A stretch of DNA of 64,000 bases, from NCBI GenBank assembly GCA_028826165.1, contig JAPDFW010000053.1:611904-675903 (forward strand), written 5' to 3'. This DNA comes from Anaeramoeba ignava BMAN (taxonomy: Eukaryota; Protista; Anaeramoebae). The notes beneath the pieces were generated by a model. It saw nothing but the letters and a program-made list of their open reading frames with translations. It did not search any database and was not told where the DNA came from. Every line of letters starts with the position of its first letter. The stretch's first letter is position 1. This document shows, piece by piece, positions 30,995-42,165 of the stretch. A program made the position numbers and the translations under genes.

Positions 30995-32134
30995 ATGAGT
31001 AAATTACGTGATTCTTTTTTACGTCAAAAAGAAAATATTCTACAAAAAATTGGAAAATCAAAACAAACTAAAGATGAAGAATTTGAACAAATTTCAAGTG
31101 TAAAAATAAAAAATTAAAAATTAAAAATTAAAAAAATCATTTTAAAAATAATTTTTTCTTTTCTTTCTTTTTTAAATAGGAATTTAATAACCATGAAATT
31201 GAAATGAAAAGATTGTATGATTTATAAAAAATATTTTTATGACTTAAAGTGTATTTTTTAAATTGAAAAAAAAAATATTTTGATGATGTAAAAGATTCAA
31301 TTCAGCACAACAATTTTTTCAAGCATTAAAAACACTTGAAAACACAGCAAAGACATTATCTAATGAGATTGAGGGATTTTATTCAAATTCTAAAATAACA
31401 AATCAAACAATTCCATCAAAAATTGCGGGAAATTTTTCTGCAATTATGGATTCAATTGAGGAATTAAATGTAAAAATATATCAATAAATAATAATGAAAT
31501 CAACAATTAAAAATTAAAGAATCATTCTATAAACAACTCAAAAAGAACGAACATATGGAAGTTATTAGACCTATTAATTCGCAAATTAAATATATTGAAG
31601 AAACAAAACAAAAATTTCAAGTTCGAAAAAAAAATCAATTACAACTTGATGTTTTAAAGAAAAAAATGGAGAAAATTGAAGAGAAAAAAGAAAAGAAACC
31701 AGAAGCAATTTCTGAAGTAAATTAACAAATGCATGAAATAAAGCAAAAAACGCTTATTAATATTTATTGATTTTTCTTCTTGATTTTTCAAGATTGAAAA
31801 TAAACTTCAAAAAGCAGAATTAGATTTTGTTCAAATTAATGATGATTGCAAACAAAATATCAGGAAAATATTCCAGAATAAGCATGAGGCTATGAATATT
31901 CCTCTTATTTCACTTTTAAGAGGACAAGAAGCAATGCTTTCTAGTTTTAAATCAACTCCTTTTACACCTTTTTATTTTGCAAAATCTCAACAAAATCAAA
32001 ATCAAAATCAAAATCAAAATCAAAATCAAAATCAAAATCAAAATCAAAATCAAAATCAAAATTATTTATTAACAGAAAAACCTAAAAATTTTGATAAAGA
32101 AATTGAAGATGAGAAAAAGAATAATGAGAAATAA
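30995..32134 (+). CDS. N-BAR (amphiphysin/Rvs161-like) domain protein, multi-exon
   Basis: MSKLRDSFLRQKENILQKIGKSKQTKDEEFEQI (N-BAR amphipathic start with TKDEEF), EVIRPINSQIKYIEETKQKFQVRKKNQLQLD, and KLQKAELDFVQINDD. About four short introns. The exact splice frame near 31470-31555 is uncertain. Confidence 0.72.
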
Positions 32135-32820
32135 TAAAATTAAATTTAAAATCAAAAATGAAAACAAAATCAAAATTAAAATCAAAATTAAATTTAAAAT
32201 TTAAATCAAAATTTAAATTCAAAATCAAAATTAAAATTTAAATTTAAAATGAAAATCAAAATCAAAATCAAAATTAAAATCAAAATTTAAATCAAAATCA
32301 AAATCGAATAATGAGAAATAATAAAATCAAAATTAAAATTAAATTTAAAATCAAAATTAAAATTTAAATCAAAATTAAATTTAAAATCAAAAATGAAAAC
32401 AAAATCAAAATTAAAATCAAAATTAAATTTAAAATGAAAATGAAAATCAAAATCAAAATTAAAATCAAAATTTAAATCAAAATCAAAATTATTTATTAAC
32501 GGAAAAACCTAAAAATTTTGATAAAGAAATCGAAGATGAGAAAGAGAATAATGAGAAATAATAAAATTAAAATTTAAAATGAAAATCAAAATCAAAATCA
32601 AAATTTAAAATCAAAATCAAAATTAAAATTTAAATCAAAATTAAAATCAAAATCAAAATTAAATTCAAAATCAAAATTAAAATTAAAATCAAAATTAAAT
32701 TCAAAATCAAAATTAAAATTAAAATTAAAATCAAAATCAAAATCAAAATCAAAATCAAAATCAAAATCAAAATTAAAATCAAAATTTAAATCAAAATTAA
32801 AATCAAAATCAAAATTTTAT
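32135..32820 (+). repeat. AAAATC/AAAATT microsatellite containing duplicated copies of the BAR gene 3' end
   Basis: 32487-32570 repeats 32060-32140 with 3 substitutions. A shorter fragment occurs at ~32306-32328. Confidence 0.85.
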
Positions 32821-32939
32821 TTCTTCTTTGAATTCTCTTTTTTTTATTAAAGAAAAGAAAAGAAAAAAGAAAAACAAAACAAACAAATTTCAATTTTAAA
32901 GTTAAAAAAAAAAGTGAAACAAAATTTCTAAAAAAAAAA

Positions 32940-35716
32940 TCATTTAAATTTTGAAATTAAACGAATTAAATTGGAACAAGTTTTTTCAAATTTCAAAAGA
33001 TCACCATTTTTCCAAATAATAATAAAAGAATGAAAAAGACAATCAGAACGATTATTTGAAGAAGTATTTTCTTTAATTTTAATTTTAAAACGAAGATATT
33101 GATTTGAAACAAGAAAAAGAAATTCATGAGGATGAATCCAATTAAATGATAAAGAATTAAGAGATTGTTGAATCATTGTTAAAAGATGGAAAAAAGAAGT
33201 ATTTTTTTCAACAACAACTTCTTTTGGAATTTTTGCAATTCTTTCATTTAATTTTTGTTGTTTTTTGCTTATTTTCTTTTTATTTCCATTTGATTTTTTA
33301 AATCTATTAAACCAACTTCCAAACCATCCTTTTTTGGGACTTTCTGAGCCTTTTGGAGGCGATGGTGATGATTCAAGATTTTGTTGTAATTTATATCTAT
33401 GAAATCTTGGTGTCCCAAATTGTGATGTTTGATTGTTTGTTTTGTTGTTTGATTCTGTTAAAGAAATATTCATTGGAAGAGATGAATTTTTTTTTGAATT
33501 ATTATTTTTGTTTTTTTTTTCTTGATTTAATTGAATAATATTTTGTTCTTGATCATCAAATTTAATTTCAATAAAAGAAATATTTTCATTTTCAATTTGA
33601 TTTTGATTTTGATTTAAATTTTGATTTTGATTTTGATTTTGATTTTGATTTAAATTTTGATTTTGATTTCCTTTTGGTTTTTTTGGATCTTCAAGTTCAA
33701 GAAAAAAAAGATCTTCTTCAAAAAAATTATCTTGTGAATGTGAAGAAAATTCACTAATTGATTTTGCTGCTTTATCATCAGATTCTTGAGAAATTGTTTT
33801 TTGAGATAAATTTTCCATATTTGGAAGTAAATTTAATTCAGTAAATAAAGGTCTTTCTTGAGAAAGAGTTGTTTTACCATTTGGTTTAAAATCTTGATTT
33901 GAATTTGATTGAGAAATATTTTTTGGATTGCTTTCTTGTTTTTTCCTTTGAAGAAGTAAATAAAATACTTTTGTAATATTCATTTCTTTTTGAATTAAAT
34001 CTTGGGAAATTTGTTGAAGATCAGAATATCCTAATGATTTTAAAGAATAAAGAATTTCTCGATCAATATTCTCAATTAAAATTGGTGTTTTAAATTCATC
34101 CATCACTCCCATTGGTTGAGGTTCTTTGTATAATATTGCATAATTTGATGTAAACCAGGGATGTTTTTTGATTTCATTCAAACTTATTCTTTTTGTTGGA
34201 TCAACAACTAACATTTTTTGTATTAGATCCTTTTGTAGTTTTGTAAATGATTTTGGAATTGAGTAAATTCCCGATTTTACTTTTTGTAATAATCTATGAA
34301 CATGTGGATCATCAAATGGAAGACTTCCTGCTAGTAATGCAAATAGAATTACTCCACAACTCCAAATATCTGCTTTCATTCCATTATATTTTATTCCCTT
34401 TTTTTAATAATTTTATAAATGAATTTTAATTTAAATTTTAATTTTAATTTTAATTTTAATTTTAATTTTAATTTTAATTATATAAATGAATTTTAATTTT
34501 GATTTTAATTTTAATTTTATAAATGAATTTTATAAATGAATTTTAATTTTTATTTTAATTTTAATTTTAATTTTGATTTTAATTTTAATTTTAATTTTAA
34601 TTTTAATTTAATTTTAATTTTAATTTTAATTTTAATTTTAATTTTAATTTTAATTTTAATTTTAATTTTAATTTTAATTTTAAATTTTAATTTTAATTTT
34701 AATTTTAATTTTAATTTTAATTTTAATTTTAATTTTAATTTTAATTTTAATTTTAATTTTGATTTTTAATTTTAATTTTAATTTTAAATTTTTTTAATTT
34801 TAATTTTAATTTTAATTTTATAAATGAATTTTAATTTTATAAATGAATTTTAATTTTAATTTTAATTTTAATTTTAATTTTATAAATGAATTTTAATTTT
34901 AATTTTAATTTTAATTTTAATTTTATAAATGAATTTTAATTTTAATTTTATAAATTAATTTTAATTTTATAAATGAATTTTAATTTTGATTTTAATTTTA
35001 ATTTTAATTTTATAAATGAATTTTAATTTTAATTTTAATTTTATAAATGAATTTTAATTTTATAAATGAATTTTAATTTTAATTTGCTTTTGAAAAATTT
35101 TTAAAAAAGATTAAAATTTTTCTTTTAATTTTTGTTTCATCAAAAAATCAGAAAAAAAAAAAACCAAATAAAAACTTACCAAAATAACCTCAGGAGACGC
35201 ATAATGAGGAGAACCACAAGAAGTAACAAGTAAATTCTGACGTTTAGTAAGTCTTGCCATACCAAAATCCGCAATTTTAATATAATTATTTTTATCAAGA
35301 AGAAGATTTTCAGGTTTCAAATCACGATGACAAACAAAATGCTTGTGACAATAATCTAAACCGAAGATAATTTGCTGGAAAAAAAACAAAGCTTGTTGAT
35401 CTGGCAAAATTCCTTTAGTAATTAAATAGTCGAATAATTCACCGCCTTCAAGATGTTCCATAACAAGATAAAGATGGCTAGAACTCTCATAAACATCGTG
35501 AAGTTTAAGAACGTGTGGATGACTTAATAATTTTAATATCGCGATCTCTCGTTCTATTTTTATAAGTGCGTTTTTTTTTGTTTTGATTTCTTTTTTTGAT
35601 ATGATTTTTATTGCTACTTTTTCTTCTGTTTCTTCTTCAATTCCTAGCTTTACTTTTCCTGTACTTCCAATTCCTAATGTTTTTCCTATTATATAATTTC
35701 CTATTTTATTGCTCAT
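32940..35716 (-). CDS. BRSK/SAD-1 (AMPK-related, Nim1/Hsl1-like) Ser/Thr kinase (2 exons: 35716-35180, 34397-32940)
   Basis: [73 protein letters not shown]|[33 protein letters not shown]-like [14 protein letters not shown], a [10 protein letters not shown] motif and a KA1-like C-terminus. Confidence 0.92.
34398..35179 (-). repeat. Kinase intron (782 nt), filled by TTAAAA / AAAATTCATTTATA repeats (sense strand)
   Basis: GTAAGT donor, AAAAAAG acceptor, phase 0. Confidence 0.88.
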
Positions 35717-35892
35717 TTTGTAAATAAAAAATTTAAAATAAAAAAAAAAAGGAAAAAAATGATTTTTTTCTTTCTTCTTTTTATTTTTTCTTTTTTTTCT
35801 TGTTTTTTTTGTTTTTTTTTTTTTGATCAAGAAAACAAAAACATAAAAAGATTTCTTTTTAAAAAACAAATCTTTTTAAAAAAACAAAAAAA

Positions 35893-36360
35893 GATTTTGG
35901 TTTTGATTTTGTTTTTGAATTTGATTTAAATTTTGAATTTGATTTTGTTTTTGATTTTGTTTTTGTTTTTGATTTTGTTTTTGTTTTTGTTTTTGATTGA
36001 TTTTGTTTTTGATTTTGTTTTTGATTTTGGTTTTGATTTTGTTTTTGATTTTGTTTTTGATTTAAATTTTAATTTTGATTTTGATTTTGATTTTGATTTT
36101 GATTTTGTTTTTGATTTTGTTTTTGTTTTTGTTTTTGGTTTTGATTTTGATTTAAATTTTGTTTTTGTTTTAAATTTTGATTTTGATTTTGTTTTTGATT
36201 TAAATTTTGATTTTGATTTTGTTTTTGTTTTTGTTTTTGTTTTTGTTTTTGATTTTGTTTTTTATTTCATAAAACAATCCAGAAATAAAAATTGAGAAAT
36301 AAAAATTGAGAAATAAATTGAGAAATAAATTGAGAAATAAATTGAGAAATAAAAATTGAA
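35893..36360. repeat. Intergenic GATTTT/GTTTTT microsatellite plus a 12-bp AAATAAATTGAG repeat
   Basis: Visible tandem units downstream of the GATA-like gene. Confidence 0.85.
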
Positions 36361-36433
36361 ATAAAATCCTAAATAAATTCTGAAATGTTTTCAATTAAAA
36401 TTCCAAATAATTTTTTTTGACTTTCATTTGACT

Positions 36434-37674
36434 TTAATTTTTATTGTGAACTTGATTTGGAAATTGATTTGGAAATTGATTTGGAAATTGATTTGGAAAT
36501 TGATTTGGAAATTGATTTGGAAATTGATTTGGATAATTTTGAAATTGATTTGAATAATTTTGAAATTGATTTGAATGATTTTGAAATTGATTTGAAATTT
36601 GATTTGAAAATTGATATTGATTTGGAAAAGAAAATGAAACCATATTTTGATTTTCAATTAAAGAAAAAAGCATTACAATTGGATGTGTTGATGGATTAGC
36701 AAAAAGTAAATTAGAATTTTCTTGTGAATTTTGTGAATTTTGTGAATTTTGTGAATAAAAATCCATCGGAAAATTATTTGATTGTTTTTTTTAAATCATT
36801 CAAAAATGGTTCGTTTTTTGTGTCATTGGATTTTGAAAACGAAAGTTGAGAAAGTGAATCAATTGTTTTAAAAGAAGTATCATTAAATAAATGTTTTCTT
36901 AAATTTTGATTTTGATTTTGATTTTGATTTTGATTTTGATTTTGATTTTGATTTTGATTTTGATTTTGATTTTGATTTTGAATTTGATTTTGAATTTGAT
37001 TTTGATTTTGATTTTGATTTTGATTTGATTTTGATTTTGATTTTGATTTTGATTTTGATTTTGATATAGATTTATTTTTGATTTTGAATTTGATTTTGAT
37101 TTTGATTTTGATTTTGATTTTGATTTTGATTTTGATTTTGATTTTGATTTTGATTTTGATTTTGATTTTGATTTTGATTTTGATTTTGATTTTTATTTTG
37201 ATTTTGATTTTGATTTTGATTTTTTTGATTTTGATTTATATTTTGATTTTGATTTTGATTTTGATTTTGATTTTGATTTTGATTTTGATTTATATTTTCA
37301 ATTTCAATTTTATTTTCAATTTCAATTACATTTCCATTTTCATTTTCATTTTCATTTTCATTTTCATTTTCATTTTCATTTTCATTTTCATTTTCATTTT
37401 CATTTTCATTTTCATTTCCATTAGATTCTTTTGATTTTATTTGTTTTGATTCGTATTCTTGAAAGGAATTTTTGTTTAATTTTAAATTTGAATTTTTTGG
37501 AGATTGAAGAATTTGTTTTGTTCTATATTTATAGTAACAAGTTTGACAAAGAAAAGTAGGAGGTTTTATATTAATTTTTGTCCAAATTCCTGATTCTTGA
37601 GTTTTACATTCTACACAAATTCTTTCTTCATTCAAATTTTCTTTAATTTCTTGACTTTGTTTGTTTTCTTGCAT
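36434..37674 (-). CDS. Divergent GATA-type zinc-finger protein with EN/QN and NQFP low-complexity tracts
   Basis: CVECKTQESGIWTKINIKPPTFLCQTCYYKYRTK = C-x2-C-x19-C-x2-C with the conserved W and L. ORFs 37072-37674 and 36434-36766 probably join across indels in the QN microsatellite. Confidence 0.65.
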
Positions 37675-37907
37675 TTTGAATAAAAATAAAAAAAATTAAA
37701 TTAAAATAAATTTTTTTATTTGATAAATTGATAAGAATTTTTTTTTTTTTTTGAAAAGAAAAGAAAAAAAATGAAAAATGAAAAAAATAAAAATTTTTTT
37801 TTTTGGATTGATTTACTTTTGATTTTGATTGTTTTATTATTTAGATAGTTATAATTATTCTAAATTAGTTTTAATTACTTTTTTTTTTTTTTTTAATTAA
37901 AAATTTT

Positions 37908-40900
37908 TTAATTTAAAAATTCTAATTTGGATCGATCAATTTTTTCTTTTTCAACAGCTTTAAAAAAAGCAGAAATGAATTCAGAAATTGAAACAATAGG
38001 TTTTTGCAAGAAAAAAGAATGAGTAATTAAAGGGAGTTTTCTTAAAGTTCTTCCACTATAACCTTCACATTTCTCAGCAATTTGATAAAAAAGTAAACTA
38101 GAATTTGTAGTTTCATTTTTTTTTGAATCACGAAGTAATTCAATTGATTCACAATCCAAAAGAGATCTTCTTGGAGTTATTATTCCAACTCTCATTAACT
38201 CTTCAGTACATGATCTTAATATTTCATATCTTGCTTTTTGTGTTGGTAATCCAATGTATTGTTTTAAATCTGCTCGATCTACAAATGCTAAATCAATTGC
38301 TCCTGTTATATTTGATGTTGTTAATACTAATACATTTGGAAATTGTTTGAGTTGATCTGATTTGTGTTAATAATGCATTTACAACTCTAATTGCATCTGA
38401 TGGTTCAGCTCCTTTTAATAATAATATTTAATAATTAATATTTACAAATAATATTTAATATTTAATATTTAATATTAAATATATAATAATAATATTTAAT
38501 ATTTAATATTTAATAATTAATATTTAATATTTAATATTTAATAATTAATATTTAATATTTAATATTTAATATTTAATATTTAATAATAATATTTAATATT
38601 TAATAATAATATTTAATAATTAATATTTAATATTTAATATTTAATAATTAATATTTAATATTTTATATTTAATAATAATATTTTATATTTAATAATAATA
38701 TTTAATAATTAATATTTAATATTTAATAATTAATATTTAATAATTAATATTTAATATTTTATATTTAATAATAATATTTAATATTTAATATTTAATAATA
38801 ATATTTAATATTTAATATTTAATAATAATATTTAATATTTTATATTTAATAATAATATTTAATATTTAATATTTAATAATAATATTTAATATTTAATATT
38901 TAATAATAATATTTAATATTTAATATTTAATATTTAATAATAATATTTAATATTTTATATTTAATAATAATATTTTATATTTAATAATAATATTTAATAA
39001 TAATATTTAATAATAATAATTAATATTAAATATTTAATATTTAATATTTAATATTTAATATTTAATATTTAATAATTAATATTTAATAATTAATAATAAT
39101 AATTAATAATAATATTTAATATTTAATAAATAATATTTAATAATTAATAATAATATTTAATAATTAATATATAATAAACAAACCAGACATCGCAGATTTT
39201 CTTGCAGTAGCTAAACTCTCAACTTCATCAATTAATAAAAATACAAATGATCCTTGATCTTCTATTAATTCTCTTATCTTCTTGAATAATTTCATTACTA
39301 ATTTTCCTGATTCAGAAAACCATTTACTAAATAATGAATGAGTATTGATTTCAATAAGTTGACAAAAAGCATATTTGTTGCTAAATTTAATAGAAAGCTT
39401 TTGAGAAAGTGCTCGACATAATGAAGTATTATGAGTTACAGTAAAATCACCAAGAAGAAAACGTCCATTCCCATCAATTTCAAACCCAAAATATTCACCA
39501 ATTCCAACAGATTCAATTTCAAATTCTGTTAATAAGCAATCACTCTTATTTTTTTGTGGATTTCCCTTTTTATAATACGATAAAATTGGTAATTCTTCTA
39601 ATTCTGAACCACAAATAAAACATTCATAATTCTCATTAGAATTTTTTGATTTTGAACTAATATCTTTTTTTTCAGCAGAAAAACCTAATGATCTAGCAAT
39701 ATAAATTATATCCTCTATTAATTTTTCAGATTCCCCACAAAATTTATAGCAATTATTCTCATAAGATCCAAAAGAATCAAACAATCCAGCTAATAAAGAT
39801 AATCGAATATTTCTTGAATTGCATTTATAATCTATTGGAATGCGTTTATGATCACCAAGATTATATTTTAAGAGGCGTTGATAAAATAAGTTTTTTTCAT
39901 AACCATAAGCTGAAAATTTCTTTCCATCTTGAATATAAATATTATATTCTCCATTTTTTTCCTTTTCCAAACATAAATGATAATTTTTCAAATATTCACT
40001 AAAATATTGCGAAATTTTATCATTTTCTATTGATATTTTCTTTGAATTACAAGAGCAATTCCCTAGCAAATATCCAACTATATAAGGATCTAAATCAACC
40101 TCTTTTTCAATAAAATCAATATATGTTTTGTATAATTTGTAGTGGCTTTTCCAGTAAGAAGATTTTTGTAAATAATCTTTAACAGAAATTTCAATGATAG
40201 AATTTTGATCATTATAATTTGGATCATTTTGAGATTTTTTTTTCAAGCATAAAATATGGGGTTCATTGCAAATCCATGGTTGACCCTTTTTTGGTATAAT
40301 TTTATACATTTGATCTTTTCCACAACAAATTGACAAAACATTTCTTGGATTTGAATCATCACCCATTAATTGATCCCCAATTAAAACATCCTCCACTTTC
40401 TTTATTCCTCCATCAAACATTAAAACAGAAGTTCCTGGAGCTAAGCATTTCCCAGTTCCACTTGGGCCATGAAAAAGAACAACGCGATTAAAAGAGATCA
40501 AATTTGAATCCACTTTTTTTTCTGAAAAAAGAACAGTTGTCAAAATGTAATTGATTAAATTTTGCTTTAAATTTTCCTCAAAAAATAAACTTTCCCACAA
40601 TCCGTTAAATTGTTTTGATGGAAGAATCCATTGAAAACAAGCAGAAAGATCTGCATCTTCTGAATCAACATTTTCTTCTAAAATTGGTTCTTCATTTAAT
40701 TGATAAACATAAATTTTTGTTTCAACTTCTGAAATTTTTAAATTAGGATCAATTGATAAATTTTCTTTTTCTTGTGTTTCTTTATTAACTGTTATTTTCT
40801 CAACATTTTCATTTAAGATCTTTTCATTTGAAAAATTGATAGTTTTTTTTTCAAGAATTTTTATTACTTTTTCATTTTTGATCTTTTCATAAATTAATTC

Positions 40901-40969
40901 TTTAATTGTAGAAAATTCTATATAACTTTTTGTAGAAATTTCAACTTCAATTTCTATTATAAAAGACAT
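37908..40969 (-). CDS. TRIP13: PCH2/TRIP13 AAA+ ATPase (2 exons) with an in-frame intein
   Basis: [32 protein letters not shown][intein][55 protein letters not shown]|[55 protein letters not shown]. Intron 39183-38412. One extra base near 38358. Confidence 0.95.
38412..39183 (-). repeat. TRIP13 intron (772 nt) made of almost pure A/T repeats (plus-strand AATATTT / AATAATATTT)
   Basis: GTTTGT donor and TAAAAG acceptor restore the conserved SG|AEPSDA. Confidence 0.9.
39428..40447 (-). mobile_element. Intein (340 aa, Cys1...His-Asn, +1 Thr) with a degenerate LAGLIDADG homing-endonuclease domain
   Basis: Block [14 protein letters not shown], block [12 protein letters not shown], block [13 protein letters not shown], block [14 protein letters not shown], block [17 protein letters not shown], blocks [26 protein letters not shown]. 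Removing it restores the Walker A motif GPSGTGKT. Confidence 0.96.
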
Positions 40970-40995
40970 TAAAGAAAAGAAAAGAAAAGAAATTT

Positions 40996-41030
40996 TCAAA
41001 ATGAAAAAAAAAATGAAAAAAAATGAAAAA
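40996..41030 (-). promoter_or_regulatory. Three TCATTTT Inr-like motifs upstream of the TRIP13 ATG (divergent promoter shared with 41244+)
   Basis: Plus-strand AAAATGA x3 at ~41000-41026. Oppositely oriented TCATTTT copies at ~41217 and ~41227 serve the + strand gene. Confidence 0.55.
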
Positions 41031-41243
41031 AGAAAATGTTAAAAAATGTTTTTTATTATTGTTAATTTCAATGTCAAATTATTTTAATTTTAAATTATTT
41101 TAAATTTTATTCCAAAAAAAAAAAAGAAAATGGATCAAATTAGAAAAAAAAAACAAAAAAGGAGAAAAAAAATTTTTCACTTTTTAATTTTTTTTTTTTT
41201 TTGATCTTTTTATTTTTCATTTTTTTTCATTTTTTTTTTTAAA

Positions 41244-41894
41244 ATGTTTCAACTTTTTAATAATTTATTCAATTCAGAAAAAGATGAAATGAAAGAAAAA
41301 CTACAAATACCAGATTCTCCAGAATTATTAAGTGGAGAAGAAAATGAAATGGAAACAGAAAATCAACTTGAAAAAATAAATTTACAAATAAAAGAAAGAC
41401 AAAAAATTATTGATAAAGAAATGGATTTAGAAACACAAATTGAATTGAAAGAAAAAAACGAAACAAAATTAGAAACTGGAAAAAAGAATTATCAATCAAA
41501 TCAAAAAAAAAAACTTGATAAATTAAAATATCAAATTAAAATATTAAAACAACAAATAAAAGATTATACTATTAAAGAATGTTGTTTAAAAACAGATATT
41601 CATGTTTTAACTAAAAACTTGGAATATTTTCAAAATTTTATGTTGTTATCCATGTCATTAGCTTATAGAAATTTATCAAATTCAAAAGAAAATTTAAAAG
41701 AAAATTCAAAAGAAAATTTAAAAGAAAATTTAAAAGAAAATTCAAAAGAAAATTCAAAAGAAAATTTAAAAGAAAATTTAAAAGAAAAAAATAATCGAAA
41801 AGAAGATGAAAAACTTTTTGATAATTTAACTTTAATTAGGAATTTCTTTATCGAATTTTTTTCTAATTTTAAGGAAAGAAAAAATTTAAATTGA
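41244..41894 (+). CDS. Hypothetical coiled-coil protein (216 aa) with a KENL/KENS 12-bp repeat
   Basis: Intact ATG-stop ORF, heptad-rich E/K/Q/L content and upstream TCATTTT motifs. No family recognised. Confidence 0.65.
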   Translation: MFQLFNNLFNSEKDEMKEKLQIPDSPELLSGEENEMETENQLEKINLQIKERQKIIDKEMDLETQIELKEKNETKLETGKKNYQSNQKKKLDKLKYQIKILKQQIKDYTIKECCLKTDIHVLTKNLEYFQNFMLLSMSLAYRNLSNSKENLKENSKENLKENLKENSKENSKENLKENLKEKNNRKEDEKLFDNLTLIRNFFIEFFSNFKERKNLN

Positions 41895-42165
41895 ATCTTC
41901 TTTAATTTTTTTCTTTTTAATTAATTATTTTTTAATTATTTCTTGAACAAAAAAAAACAAAAATAACCAAATTTAATCAAACTTTTTTGTTAATTATCTT
42001 ATTCTAATCCAAAATTTTGGAGTTTTTTTTTAATTCAAATTTTTTTTTGCTTTTCTAATTTTTTGCTTTCCAAAAAATTTTGTTTAATGAAAAAAAAAAT
42101 TATTTTTCATTTTTTTCTTTTTCATTTTTTCTCTTTTTTTCTTTTAAGTTTTTTTCTTTTAATAA

